Source: an uncultured Chloroflexia bacterium (lineage in GTDB: Bacteria; Chloroflexota; Chloroflexia; QHBQ01; JADMIH01). From it: a DNA stretch of 64,000 bases. Every line of letters starts with the position of its first letter. Position 1 is the first letter of the stretch. The notes beneath the pieces were generated by a model that was not told the DNA's origin, ran no database searches, and saw only the letters and a program-made list of their open reading frames with translations. The stretch covers positions 324,539 through 388,538 of the forward strand of contig CAWEQU010000008.1 in assembly GCA_963811305.1 (NCBI GenBank). Reading direction: 5' to 3'. The position numbers and the translations under genes are program-made. Of this stretch, positions 20,059 to 29,671 are shown in pieces.

Positions 20059-20847
20059 TTACTTCGCCTCGTAGGTGACTATCACATCTACCTGAACGCT
20101 CTGCTGGCCGGGGAACATGGGACCGGAAGCGCCGCCTGCGCCGAGGCCACCCTTGTCGTAGTATATAGGTCCGGGTACGTTGGCGTTCGCCTCGGTGACG
20201 CTGACGACCCTGCCCAGGATAAGGTTGGATAGGCCGGCCAGCCTGGTAGCGCGTGCCTCCGCGTCCTTGACCGCTTTCTCATATGCCTGCTGCGAGAGCC
20301 TGTCAGGGTTAGAGAAGGTATAGCCGACGTTGTAGACGGTGTTGGCCCCGGCGCTCACCAGCTGGTCTAGCACGTCGGGTGCTTTCAACGGGTCGCGGAA
20401 GGTGATTTCCAACATGCTCGTCACGCGGAAGCCGGTCAGCTTAGGTATGCCCATCATACCCTTTTCATTGGCGCTCCCGTAGTCCATGACAGGCTCTACG
20501 GTGTACTGCACAGTCCTGTAGTCCTTCTCCTCGATACCTGCTGCCTTCAACTTCACGACCATCGCGTCCATCGCCGCAGAGACCTTTGTCTGCGTGGCCT
20601 TGACGGTGCTCTCCTGGTAAGAGGCCCCTACGTTGACCACGAGCAGGTCGGGCTTCGCGCTAATGCTCCCACTCCCCCGCACTGTTATCTGCGGGACCTT
20701 CCCTGCATCGTTGTTCTCGTTGTTCTGGGCCGATGCGGGGGAGGCATTGCGAGGCGCAAGCCACACTACCGCGAATGCACTCAATATCATTGCCACAGAT
20801 AACGCCACGCTTGCCAATGCCAGTACCCTGTTATTTCCCGATTTCAT
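20059..20847 (-). CDS. SIMPL/DUF541 family periplasmic protein
   Basis: Signal anchor followed by ITVRGSGSISAKPDLLVVNVGASYQESTVKATQTKVSAAMDAMVVKLKAAGIEEKD.., the typical SIMPL pattern. Confidence 0.7.
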   Translation of the reverse strand: MKSGNNRVLALASVALSVAMILSAFAVVWLAPRNASPASAQNNENNDAGKVPQITVRGSGSISAKPDLLVVNVGASYQESTVKATQTKVSAAMDAMVVKLKAAGIEEKDYRTVQYTVEPVMDYGSANEKGMMGIPKLTGFRVTSMLEITFRDPLKAPDVLDQLVSAGANTVYNVGYTFSNPDRLSQQAYEKAVKDAEARATRLAGLSNLILGRVVSVTEANANVPGPIYYDKGGLGAGGASGPMFPGQQSVQVDVIVTYEAK

Positions 20848-20937
20848 CTCTTTCTTACTCCTCTTCTATGATTTAGCCCTCTTGTTGGGCGTCTTATATT
20901 GTTGAGACGATTGTGGGACGAAAAAGGTTCCACTTAG

Positions 20938-21039
20938 CTGTCATTCTGAGCGGAGCGAAGAATCTGAAGATGTTGGGGTGGCTGTGAGCTTGGGAGGACG
21001 TGGAGATTTTCGATTCTTCGCTCCGCTCAGAATGACAGG
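20938..21039. mobile_element. MITE-like palindrome, core form (copy 2)
   Basis: Arms are CTGTCATTCTGAGCGGAGCGAAGAATC and GATTCTTCGCTCCGCTCAGAATGACAGG. The right flank (to about 21100) resembles the flank of copy 4 (28477-28545). Confidence 0.7.
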
Positions 21040-21175
21040 TCGAGGGATGTTGCTCCATGCTACATGTCTCGCCTCCGATTTTGCATCAGCCCTGGATTGT
21101 GGCATAAGGAGGTAGCACTAATTGTGGTAGAATAGCAATTACGAAGTTTGGTCTGTAGTATGGGTGAGAAGCGCG

Positions 21176-23641
21176 ATGAAAGACTTTTTTATCAGCTATA
21201 ACAAGGCGGACCGCTCCTGGGCCGAGTGGATTGCATGGCAGTTGGTAGAAGCGAAATATGAAGTTGCAATTCAGGCGTGGGACTTCCGGCCAGCCTCGAA
21301 CTTTGTGCTTAATATGCGAACAAGCCGCAGCGGACGCCGAGCGGACTATAGCCGTCTTGTCCCCTGATTACTTTACTTCGGAATTTACTCATTCCGAGTG
21401 GACTGCGGCCTTTGTACGGGACCCCAAGGGAGAGAAGGGGCATCCTGGTGCCAGTGCTGGTCAGGGAAACGGAGTTGAAGGGACTGTGGCCCTCAATGAA
21501 TTACATCAAACTGGTAGGACTGGACGAGACGAGTGCCAGGGATGCTCTACTCGCGGGGGTACGTCGTGAGCGTGCCACGCCACCTACGCGACCCAACTTT
21601 CCGGACGCACCGCAACGATTAGTACCCAATAGCCCTCGGTTCCCTGGAGCGTTACCCGGAACCTGGAACGTCCCACACCAACGCAACCCGAACTTCACCG
21701 GGCGCGAGGAGCTTCTGACCGACCTCCGAACGGCGCTGACATCGGGGCAGCACGCCGCATTGACGCAGGCCATTAGTGGGTTGGGAGGCGTCGGCAAGAC
21801 GCAACTTGCCATAGAGTATGCGTATCGCTACGCCACCGAATATGATATTGTCTGGTGGGTGCGGTCTGAGGGGCCTTCAACGTTAGCTGCCGAGTACGCG
21901 GCCCTCGCCACCAAGCTAGGGCTACCGGAGCAGAGCGCCAAAGAACAGGCAGCGATTGCTCAAGCCGTGAGGCACTGGCTGGGGCATAACTCTGGTTGGC
22001 TGCTCGTGTTCGACAATGCTGCAAATCAAAAAGACGTGCATGACTACTTACCTCAAGCAGCTACTGGGCATGTCATTATCACCTCCCGCGACCATAATTG
22101 GCGGGGTGTGGCAACAACACTCTCCGTCAAGGTCCTGGCCCAGGATGAGTCGATTGACTTCCTCCTGAAACGCACCGGGCAAACGGATAGAGAAGCGGCA
22201 GCCAGGCTGGCCGAGGAGCTAGGTAATCTGCCGTTGGCCTTGGAGCAGGCAGGGGCTTATATGGAGGAGTCGGGGCGATCACTGTCGGACTACTTGAAGC
22301 TGTTCCAGACCCGTCAGCGAGAAATCCTGAAACGCGGCACTCCTTCTACGGACTATCCTGCCACCGTTGCCACTACCTGGGAACTCTCGTTTCAAGAGGT
22401 GCAGAAAGCATCGCCCGCAGGAGCAGACCTGTTGAACCTGTGCGCCTTCCTCGCCCCCGATGACATTCCACAGGAAATATTGAGGGAAGGGGCAGAGTAT
22501 TTGCCGGAACCTCTGGCTACTGCGATAGCAGATCCCCTGGCGTTTGATGATGCGATAGCGCCCCTCCGTCATTATTCTTTGGTTGAAGTGGATATAGACA
22601 GAGATGCCTTGTCAGTTCACCGGCTGGTGCAGGCAGTGGTGCGAGACCGCTTGGGAGAAGAAAGGAAGATATGGGCCGAGGCTTCCGTGCGTTTAGCCAA
22701 TAGCACTTTCCCTTACGAGCTAAATGAATTGAATACTTGGCAGGTGTCCACGCGCATGCTGCCCCACGCACTAGCAACGGCAGGTCATGCCGAGGAACTC
22801 GGCGTGGCATCGGAGTCTGGCTGGAAGTCTATTGAACCTGGTAGGATTATATCTGAGAGAGTTTGCTCAATACACACAAGCTAAGGGTGTGCTTGAAAGA
22901 GCAGTGGCTATCGGTGAGGCATCTTATAGCCCAGACGATGCCAATGTGGCCATTTACGTCAACAACTTGGGCCTTGTGTTACGACAGTTAGGGAACCTGG
23001 CGGGAGCACGGGCACACTTCGAACGAGCATCGACTATTGACGAGGCAGTTTACGGTCCCAACCATCCCGATGTGGCTACTGATGTCAACAACTTGGGCGA
23101 TGTGCTACAAGAGTTGGGAGACTTGGCGGGAGCACGGGCACACTTCGAACGAGCATTGGCTATTGACGAGACAGCGTATGGCCCCAACCATCCCAATGTG
23201 GCTAGAGATACCAACAACTTGGGCGATGTGCTACGACAGTTAGGGGACTTGGCGGGGGCACAAGCACACTTCGAGCGAGCGTTGGCTATTGACGAGACAG
23301 CGTATGGCCCCAACCATCCCACCGTGGCTACTGATGTCAACAACTTGGGCAGTGTGCTACGACAGTTAAGGAATCTGGCGGGGGCACAAGCATACTTCGA
23401 GCGAGCGTTGGCTATTGACGAGACAGCGTATGGCCCCAACCATCCCACCGTGGCTATTCGTGTCAACAACTTAGGTAATGTGCTACAAGAGTTGGGAGAC
23501 TTGCTGGGGGCACGATTATACTTGGATAGGGCTTACCGGATCTTCCAGAAGTTCCTGGGTGATGATCACCCCAACACAAATGTAGTGCGAGAGAACCTTG
23601 AGATTCTAGATGAGAAGATAGCAAGGGAGCAACAAAAGTAG
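21176..23641 (+). pseudogene. TIR - NB-ARC (STAND NTPase) - TPR protein, 3 frame disruptions
   Basis: The TIR domain is split over three frames: MKDFFISYNKADRSWAEWIAWQLVEAKYEVAIQAWDFRPASNFVLNM / ..AERTIAVLSPDYFTSEFTHSEWTAAFVRDPKGEKG / ILVPVLVRETEL... P-loop GLGGVGKTQLAIEYAYRY and Walker B LLVFDNA are present. About 5 KLC-type TPR units follow in ORF 22787-23641. The last frame change is near 22800-22880. Confidence 0.8.
22960..23470 (+). repeat. 126-nt periodic near-identical DNA repeats encoding TPR units
   Basis: ALAIDETAYGPNHP(N/T)VA.D.NNLG.VLRQLG.LAGAQAHFER recurs 4-5 times, with long stretches of identical nucleotides. Confidence 0.8.
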
Positions 23642-23725
23642 TACGCGGTTCACGTCCCACTTCCCTTGCCTAGATATACTGTACATCCGCGCTAGGGCCA
23701 CCTCAGTACCTCCAACAAGCAAGAG

Positions 23726-24151
23726 TTAGCCACTACTTTCAGCGCGTTTCTTCAGCCCAGCCACGAATTGCTCAAACGGTGACGTCATATCGGGGATTGA
23801 GCGGCCAAATACCGGGAGCAAAGGTCCGCTGAAGACCTCGCGGATGGTGAACTTGGTGCCGCCATTGCCCTGCGGCTCCAGCGTAAAGGTGCGCACGCCC
23901 TTGAAGAGGCCCAGGGGCATCCCGCCGCTCCACACCATCTTCCGGCCAGGCTCGAACTCGGTGACTTTGGCCGGAAACGCCCTCCCCGGGCTTAGCTTGG
24001 TGAAGGCCTTGATCGTCTCGCTGGGCGCGATGCGGCCTTCAATCCTGTCTGCCGTCGGGTCCCATTCGGGGTAGCTCGCGGCATTCGTCAGGATCGCCCA
24101 GATCGTCTCAGGCGATGCCTCGATGGTTGTGCTGGCGCTGTATTCTTTCAT
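23726..24151 (-). CDS. SRPBCC-superfamily protein (polyketide-cyclase/START-like)
   Basis: 141 aa; ..STTIEASPETIWAILTNAASYPEWDP.. is a typical SRPBCC N-terminus. Confidence 0.7.
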   Translation of the reverse strand: MKEYSASTTIEASPETIWAILTNAASYPEWDPTADRIEGRIAPSETIKAFTKLSPGRAFPAKVTEFEPGRKMVWSGGMPLGLFKGVRTFTLEPQGNGGTKFTIREVFSGPLLPVFGRSIPDMTSPFEQFVAGLKKRAESSG

Positions 24152-24174
24152 GTGGTGAACTCCTTATTGACACA

Positions 24175-24278
24175 GACGATGGACGATGGACGATGGACGA
24201 TAGATTTTACCGCAGAGACGCAGAGACGCAGAGATTTATGGAGGATTTACACATCACGCATCACGCATCACGTTTCAC
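24175..24278. repeat. serial heptamer arrays (GACGATG x4, CGCAGAGA x3, CATCACG x3)
   Basis: Read directly. It fills the spacer between two SRPBCC genes. Confidence 0.85.
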
Positions 24279-24739
24279 TTCATCGTCCAGTGACAGGCTG
24301 TGGCGTAGGCGGGGAGCAGGTTCTCCCAGGCTGCGTCGTAGATGGAGCTGTTGCGCGACCAGAGATTGCCTATCAGCTCGGGGCCGCGGTGGGTGACATC
24401 GACGCGCGTGCTGCCTTCGCTCTGGGCGATGAAATAGACGTCCACCTGGGAGGGTTGGTCGGGGCCGCTCCCTAGATACCAGTGGTAGGCGAGATGGCGC
24501 GGCGGGTCCCAGGCGGTGACTTTGCCCCAATCGTGCTCGACGCCTTCCGGGGTGCGCTCATAGATGCGCCCGCCCACGTGGCCGTCCATAAAGACGGTGG
24601 TGTTTGGGTTGCCACTGCGCGAATGTCCCTTGGGCCACCACGCGTTGATCTGCTCGGTCCAGGTGCGGAAGGCTGCGTCCACGCCGCAGCGCACAATGAC
24701 CGCTTTCCTGACCACATCCGCCGAGCCGAGCGCGCTCAT
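24275..24739 (-). CDS. SRPBCC/AHSA1-like protein
   Basis: ..VRKAVIVRCGVDAAFRTWTEQINAWWPKGHS..GRIYERTPEGVEHDWGKVTAWDPPRHLAYHW... I prefer start MSALGS at 24739, overlapping the arsR stop by 4 nt (ATGA), over the longer ORF start at 24799. Confidence 0.7.
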   Translation of the reverse strand: MSALGSADVVRKAVIVRCGVDAAFRTWTEQINAWWPKGHSRSGNPNTTVFMDGHVGGRIYERTPEGVEHDWGKVTAWDPPRHLAYHWYLGSGPDQPSQVDVYFIAQSEGSTRVDVTHRGPELIGNLWSRNSSIYDAAWENLLPAYATACHWTMK

Positions 24740-25065
24740 CGTTCTGACACTTCCTGGTCTTCGGCGACGCGCTGGAAGCTCGCCAATGCTTCGTCCCAAA
24801 AGCTCTCCACGTAGGCGCGGGCTGCGTCGAAGCCGTTTGACCTGAGCCGGAAGATATTGCGCGTGCCGCTCGATGTGTATTCGACCAGGCCAGCCTTCTT
24901 TAAGGTGCGTAAGTGCTTGGAGACGGCAGGGCGGCTGATCGGCAAGCGGACGGCGATATCCCCGACGGGCATAGCGGCTTCTTTCAATAAAGCCAGTATG
25001 TCTCGGCGGGTCTGATGGCCTAAAGCGTCCATGACTCGCCGGGTATGCTTTTCTTCCGTAACCAT
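24736..25065 (-). CDS. ArsR/SmtB-family transcriptional regulator
   Basis: ..ALGHQTRRDILALLKEAAMPVGDIAVRLPISRPAVSKHLRTLKKAGLVE.. is a winged-HTH ArsR pattern. Confidence 0.85.
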   Translation of the reverse strand: MVTEEKHTRRVMDALGHQTRRDILALLKEAAMPVGDIAVRLPISRPAVSKHLRTLKKAGLVEYTSSGTRNIFRLRSNGFDAARAYVESFWDEALASFQRVAEDQEVSER

Positions 25066-25071
25066 AGAGTT

Positions 25072-25101
25072 ACTGTAACATACGGGTTACCAATGTGTCA
25101 A
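25072..25101 (-). promoter_or_regulatory. sigma70-like promoter TTGACA-18-TACAGT ending 6 nt before the arsR ATG, with a GTAAC-N6-GTTAC palindrome in the spacer
   Basis: The minus strand reads cTTGACAcattggtaacccgtatgtTACAGTaactctATG. This implies a leaderless transcript. The palindrome is a candidate ArsR operator. Confidence 0.45.
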
Positions 25102-25136
25102 GTCTGGCGCGGGTACGACACGAAACTATAAAGAGT

Positions 25137-25219
25137 GCCATTTCGAACGGAGTGAGGAATTGAGAAATCTATCCACCTGGCAACCTTGGAGATTCCTCAC
25201 TTCGTTCGGAATGACAGGG
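25137..25219. mobile_element. MITE-like palindrome, core form, TCCGAACGAAGTGAGGAAT subfamily (copy 3, left arm degenerate)
   Basis: gccatttcgaacggagtgaggaat ... gattcctcacttcgttcggaatgacaggg. Confidence 0.6.
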
Positions 25220-25250
25220 AGAGATGTGCTTCCTCGTTCTGGGCTTTTAG

Positions 25251-25679
25251 TTACGCAGAGACATCCAGGGGTCGCTTAGCCTTAGCCTTGCCTATCCTCC
25301 CCAGGTGCGTTTCGCTGAACGAGCCCGGGTACTTCAGACCATACCCTACCAGGCGGTCCATGCCGATGTGCGCGAACCAGATCAGCGCCAGCCAAAGCGG
25401 AAGTAAGCTGGTGGTTAGCACCCCTATGAAAACCAAAGCGCCAGGAAGGAGGTAGTTATGGAAGAGGTTGTAAGAGGCTGCCCCCATGCTCGGCCCTGCC
25501 AGGTAGCCCAGGGCAGAGAGGTCGGGTGCGAGCAGGAGGAGGGCGAAGAGCCACCACTCCCCGCCGCTCTTCCCATATAGGAGGGGTGAGAGGGCGAGCA
25601 AAACCCCGCCCTCAACCCTCTGCAACACCCTTGGCCCCAGGATGTTATCGCTCACCCTGGCCTGCACCTGCTTCATCAT
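25251..25679 (-). CDS. DUF4260-family membrane protein
   Basis: ..[47 protein letters not shown] fits my recollection of DUF4260. Confidence 0.6.
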   Translation of the reverse strand: MMKQVQARVSDNILGPRVLQRVEGGVLLALSPLLYGKSGGEWWLFALLLLAPDLSALGYLAGPSMGAASYNLFHNYLLPGALVFIGVLTTSLLPLWLALIWFAHIGMDRLVGYGLKYPGSFSETHLGRIGKAKAKRPLDVSA

Positions 25680-26658
25680 CTTCGGAGGCTTCTATATCCC
25701 CTTCCATGAAGCGTGCGCGCTCGGCGGCTGCCGACCTGAGCCTCTCTAGCTCAGCCTCGCTGTCCTCCCCATCATCTGGCGGAGGGCTAGCAGCCACCGA
25801 GGAGGTCTCCACGGGCAAGGTATCCGCTACCGGGGGCGCATTACGGGCCACCGCGCGCTCCCTGGCTGCGCTACCATCCCCATCCTTGAATGCAGATATG
25901 GCGTGCGGTATCAGGCCCAGAAGCTCGATTGGCACCGGGAAGACGATGGTCGAGTTCTTCTCGGCGGCTATCTCCGTCAGCGTCTGCAAATAGCGCAACT
26001 GTATGGCCGCAGGCTCTCCACCGATTACACCTGCCGCGTCGGTAAGCATCTTGGACGCCTCGTACTCACCCGAAGCGTGGATGATCTTGGCGCGCTTCTC
26101 ACGCTCGGCCTCCGCCTGGCGAGCCATCGCCCGCTGCATCGACTGGGGCAGTTCGACATCCTTCACCTCGACGATGCCCACCTTGATGCCCCATGGCTCG
26201 GTCTGCTCATCTATGATCTGCTGGAGCTTCAGGTTGATCTCCTCGCGCTGGGAGAGCAACTCGTCAAGGTTGGACTGCCCCAGCACGCTCCGCAGGGTCG
26301 TCTGCGCTATCTGGTGGGTGGAGCGCACGTAGTCGGTCACCGCGACAACCGCCTTCTCGGGGTCGAACACCCGGAAGAAGAGCACGGCGTTCACGCGTAC
26401 TGTCACGTTGTCACGCGTGATGACCTCCTGGGCGGGCACGTCAAGGGTGACCACGCGCAGGTCCACTTTCACCATGCGGTCCGCTATGGGTATGATCAGA
26501 AATAGGCCCGGCCCACGCGCCCCCACCAGCCTGCCGAGCCGGAAGATCACCCCGCGCTCGTACTCCTGCACCACCTTTATGGCCGCCCCCGCCACGCTGA
26601 ATAGCACCACAACCAGTGGCACCAAAAACGCCAATAAGCTTATAAGACCTTCGCCCAT
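25645..26658 (-). CDS. SPFH/band-7 (stomatin-like, slipin) protein
   Basis: Start is taken at [14 protein letters not shown] (ATG 26658). ..[43 protein letters not shown].. is canonical. The 73 codons upstream in the ORF track read through a repeat array, so I discount them. Confidence 0.85.
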   Translation of the reverse strand: MGEGLISLLAFLVPLVVVLFSVAGAAIKVVQEYERGVIFRLGRLVGARGPGLFLIIPIADRMVKVDLRVVTLDVPAQEVITRDNVTVRVNAVLFFRVFDPEKAVVAVTDYVRSTHQIAQTTLRSVLGQSNLDELLSQREEINLKLQQIIDEQTEPWGIKVGIVEVKDVELPQSMQRAMARQAEAEREKRAKIIHASGEYEASKMLTDAAGVIGGEPAAIQLRYLQTLTEIAAEKNSTIVFPVPIELLGLIPHAISAFKDGDGSAARERAVARNAPPVADTLPVETSSVAASPPPDDGEDSEAELERLRSAAAERARFMEGDIEASEDDEAGAGQGER

Positions 26659-26685
26659 GTTATTCTCTCCTTTGTAATTGATGCG

Positions 26686-26878
26686 GAAACGTGATGCGTG
26701 AAAGGTGATCATCAAACGCCAAGACGCCAAGATAACCAAGAACGCCAAGTTTTTATAGGAATCACCGCCCTCTTGATAAAATCTCTGCGACCTCTGCGTC
26801 TCTGCGGTGAATAACCACAAAGAATTCTTGGCGTTCTTGGTTCCCTTTGCGTATTGGCGTTTAATCTCACGTTTCACG
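26686..26878. repeat. nested palindrome of tandem arrays inside the nfeD-stomatin spacer
   Basis: cgtgatgcg .. (gccaag)n .. ctctgcgacctctgcgtctctgcgg .. (cttggcg)n .. cacgtttcacg. Confidence 0.85.
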
Positions 26879-28271
26879 CCTCGTCAGATGCGACTGTCAG
26901 CGTCAGTCCATCGGCCTTCACCACTCGTACTTTTCGCCCTTGCGGTATCGGGCCGTTCGAGCTAATCGCGTTCCATAGCTCGCCTTCTACGAATACCATG
27001 CCGTTGGGTGCGAGGTCGGTGCGCGCCTCAGCGACGCTTCCCACCAGGCTCTCACGTCCTGTTGCCGGACGGTAGCGCCTCGCCTGGAATACCTTGTATA
27101 CGGCGTAGAAGAAGAACGCTCCTAGCGCGCTGGCCGTGCCCGCAACCACATAGGGCGACACGCTCGGCACTCCAGGCAGTCCCTCCGTGTTTATCAGGAG
27201 CAGGCCGCCCAGTATAAGAGAGGCTATCCCCCCTGCGGTTAAAATGCCGTGGCTCGGCGTGAATATGTCCGCTATGAAGAGGACGAAGGAGAAGAGGAGG
27301 AATACCACCCCCGCCGCGTTTATTGGCAGCGTTCCGAGCGCCAGGAACCCTATCAGCAAGCAGAGCGCGCCCACTACTCCGGGGAAGACCGAGCCTGGGT
27401 TGATAAACTCCCAGGTGATGCCGAGCGTTCCGAGGCTGATGAGCACGAATGCCACGCTGGGATTCGTGATAATCAGCAGTATCTCCTCCCCAAAGCTGAG
27501 GGTGAGATTGCGTATCGTCGCGTCCTTCGTGTGGAGGGTCGCCTTTCCGCTCTCCATGTCGACGGTACGCCCGTCTACCTTGGCTAGCAGGTCCTCTACG
27601 TTATTCGCGAGGACATCAACAACCTTCTGATCGAGGGCTGCCTGCGCTCCCAGGTTGGCGCTCTCACGCACGGCCGCTCCGCGAAGTCGGCGTTGCGCCC
27701 GTGAGTCACCGCCAGGTTGCGTATCTTCGAGACAAGCTCGTTTGTCACTTTGCGGCGCATAGCGGCGTCGTCCACCTGTGGGCGTCTCGCTGCTCCCGCC
27801 GTCATCGCCACCCCCCTCGAAAATCACCTCAGCCGACCCTATAGTGGTGTTGGGGGCCATCGCCGCCACGTGCGAGGCATAGACGATGAAGACCCCGGCA
27901 GATGCAGACTGCGCACCCTGGGGCGACACATATGTGATGACAGGCACGCTGCTGGCGAGTATGTTCTTCATCATCTCCTGCATCGAGTCGACCAGCCCGC
28001 CGGGGGTATCAATCTGTATCACTCAGGCGTCCGCACCCGCATCCTCGGCGGTCTTTATCAGCCTGGCGAAGTATTGCGCGCTGATAGGGGTTATCGGCAG
28101 CTTGAACGGGGCGACATAGACAAGACGCGCCCCCTCCCCTTGCCGCACCGTTGTAGCCTGCACGCTGTAAGGCTCCAGCACCCCGCCGAGCACGAGCATA
28201 GCCATCCCCAGGAATAGGGATGATAGATATCCAGTCCGCAGCACTTTCAAAATAGGTGACGCTTTACCCAT
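26874..28271 (-). pseudogene. nfeD: NfeD-family membrane-bound ClpP-class serine protease; in-frame TGA plus a compensated double frame shift
   Basis: Start MGKASPILK (ATG 28271) is preceded by AGGAGG. ..LIKTAEDAGADA-TGA(28023-28025)-VIQIDTPGGLV.. stays in one frame. The segment DDAAMRRKVTNELVSKIRNLAVTHGRNADFAE lies in another frame (ORF 27596-27811) before the reading frame returns. A C-terminal NfeD OB-domain is present. Confidence 0.75.
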
Positions 28272-28390
28272 TGGAAATCCTCCTACCGGATATACGCACG
28301 GGACAGCCTTCGCGTCACAACTATTATACTCTACGTTGGGAAGATGCATCTGGGCAGATGCAAAATCGCAACCTGACTGTAACTCTTCCC

Positions 28391-28476
28391 CTGTCATTCT
28401 GAGCGGAGCGAAGAATTGTAAAACGTTATCCATACGTCCAAGCTTGGAGATTTTTCGCTTCGCTCAGAATGACAGG
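28391..28476. mobile_element. MITE-like palindrome, core form (copy 4)
   Basis: ctgtcattctgagcggagcgaagaat ... tttttcgcttcgctcagaatgacagg. Confidence 0.7.
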
Positions 28477-28550
28477 CGGAAAGTTGCTGCTCTATGCGAC
28501 ATTTACTCTCTTTGACGTTGCATTAGCCCTGGCAAACGCACTTGTAGCCA

Positions 28551-28579
28551 TTGCAATCCCCCATCCTTTCTGCTATACT
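28551..28579 (+). promoter_or_regulatory. candidate sigma70-like promoter TTGCAA-17-TATACT upstream of the aquaporin gene
   Basis: Hexamers at 28551-28556 and 28574-28579 with a 17-nt spacer. The leader to ATG 28711 is about 125 nt. Confidence 0.35.
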
Positions 28580-28710
28580 TGCCCCGCTCGGTAAGGGCTA
28601 TAGCTATCCTTAACCGGCACTCACTACATAGTGCGTTCTTCTAACCCGACCTGGCGTTCTTTATCACCCTGGTGTATTGACGTTTAATCAATTATAGGCA
28701 GGAGGCAGGA

Positions 28711-29469
28711 ATGGACACGAGTATCTCGCAATCGGATTGGCGCAAAGTGATAGCCGAAATCGTCGGCACCTTTTTCTTCTTCTTTATCGGTATCGGAGGG
28801 GCAATCATAGCCGGGGGGACCGGGGGGGCTGGTGGGGTCCTCTATGTAGCCCTGGCGCATGGCATCGCCCTCGCCCTCGCCATCTCAGCCCTGGGGCACG
28901 TATCGGGCGGCCACTTCAACCCCGCCGTCACGATATCTATGCTGGTGACGCGCAGGATCAGCCCTATGCTGGCAATCCTCTATATCATAGGGCAGATCGT
29001 GGGTGGAGTGCTGGCTTGCCTGGCGCTTATCTCAATCTTCCCCAGCGAGGCATGGCAGGCGGTGAATTTGGGCACGCCGAGCGTCGTAACGGGCGTGAAT
29101 ATGGCGCAGGCCATTCTCCTTGAAGCGATACTCACCTTCTTCCTGGTGGTGGCCGTATTCGGCACTGCCGTTGATACACGCGGCAAGGGGATCGCGGGCT
29201 TCGGCATCGGCCTTACGGTCTTCGCGGACATCCTGGTGGGCGGACCCATCAGTGGCGGGGTGATGAACCCTGCGCGCGCCATCACCCCCGCGATTGTTTC
29301 CGGCAACTGGAACGGCGACCAGATAATCTACTGGGTTGGGCCGATAATCGGCGGCATCATAGCGGGATTGCTGTATACCGCCCTCTTCCTCCGCAAAGAG
29401 GACCTGCCATCCGCCGCCGGACAGGAGCCTCCGACGAGTGAGCCTGGGTTGCTGAATGACGGACGATAG
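28711..29469 (+). CDS. aqpZ: MIP-family aquaporin
   Basis: Two NPA boxes (HFNPAVT, MNPARA) and six hydrophobic segments. The stop TAG is supplied by the first GACGATAG unit of the downstream array. Confidence 0.85.
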   Translation: MDTSISQSDWRKVIAEIVGTFFFFFIGIGGAIIAGGTGGAGGVLYVALAHGIALALAISALGHVSGGHFNPAVTISMLVTRRISPMLAILYIIGQIVGGVLACLALISIFPSEAWQAVNLGTPSVVTGVNMAQAILLEAILTFFLVVAVFGTAVDTRGKGIAGFGIGLTVFADILVGGPISGGVMNPARAITPAIVSGNWNGDQIIYWVGPIIGGIIAGLLYTALFLRKEDLPSAAGQEPPTSEPGLLNDGR

Positions 29470-29590
29470 ACGATAGACGATAGACGATAGACGATAGAGT
29501 ATTACTTCCATAAAATAATCTCTGCGCCCTCTGCGCCTCTGCGGTGAACTTATTTTCTATCGTCCGTCGTCTGTCGTTCGTCGTCTATAG
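29458..29590. repeat. palindromic array element (GACGATA)5 .. (CTCTGCG)3 .. (TATCGTC-like)n
   Basis: Read directly. It overlaps the aquaporin stop codon. Confidence 0.85.
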
Positions 29591-29671
29591 ATGAAATCTT
29601 CCACAACCTCTGAAGCTGAGAAACGTTGAACAGTACAGGTAGATATAATAACCCAGCTTCAGAGGTGATAA

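Noticed and set aside
26659-26877. 73-codon N-terminal extension of the stomatin ORF in the six-frame track ([19 protein letters not shown]..).
   Set aside because: It is read-through of stop-free repeat arrays. The conserved protein starts at MGEGLISLL (ATG 26658).
28023-28025. The in-frame TGA in nfeD could encode selenocysteine or be a recoding site.
   Set aside because: I could see no SECIS-like hairpin immediately downstream. The position is not a catalytic Cys/Sec site in this family. The gene has other frame defects as well.
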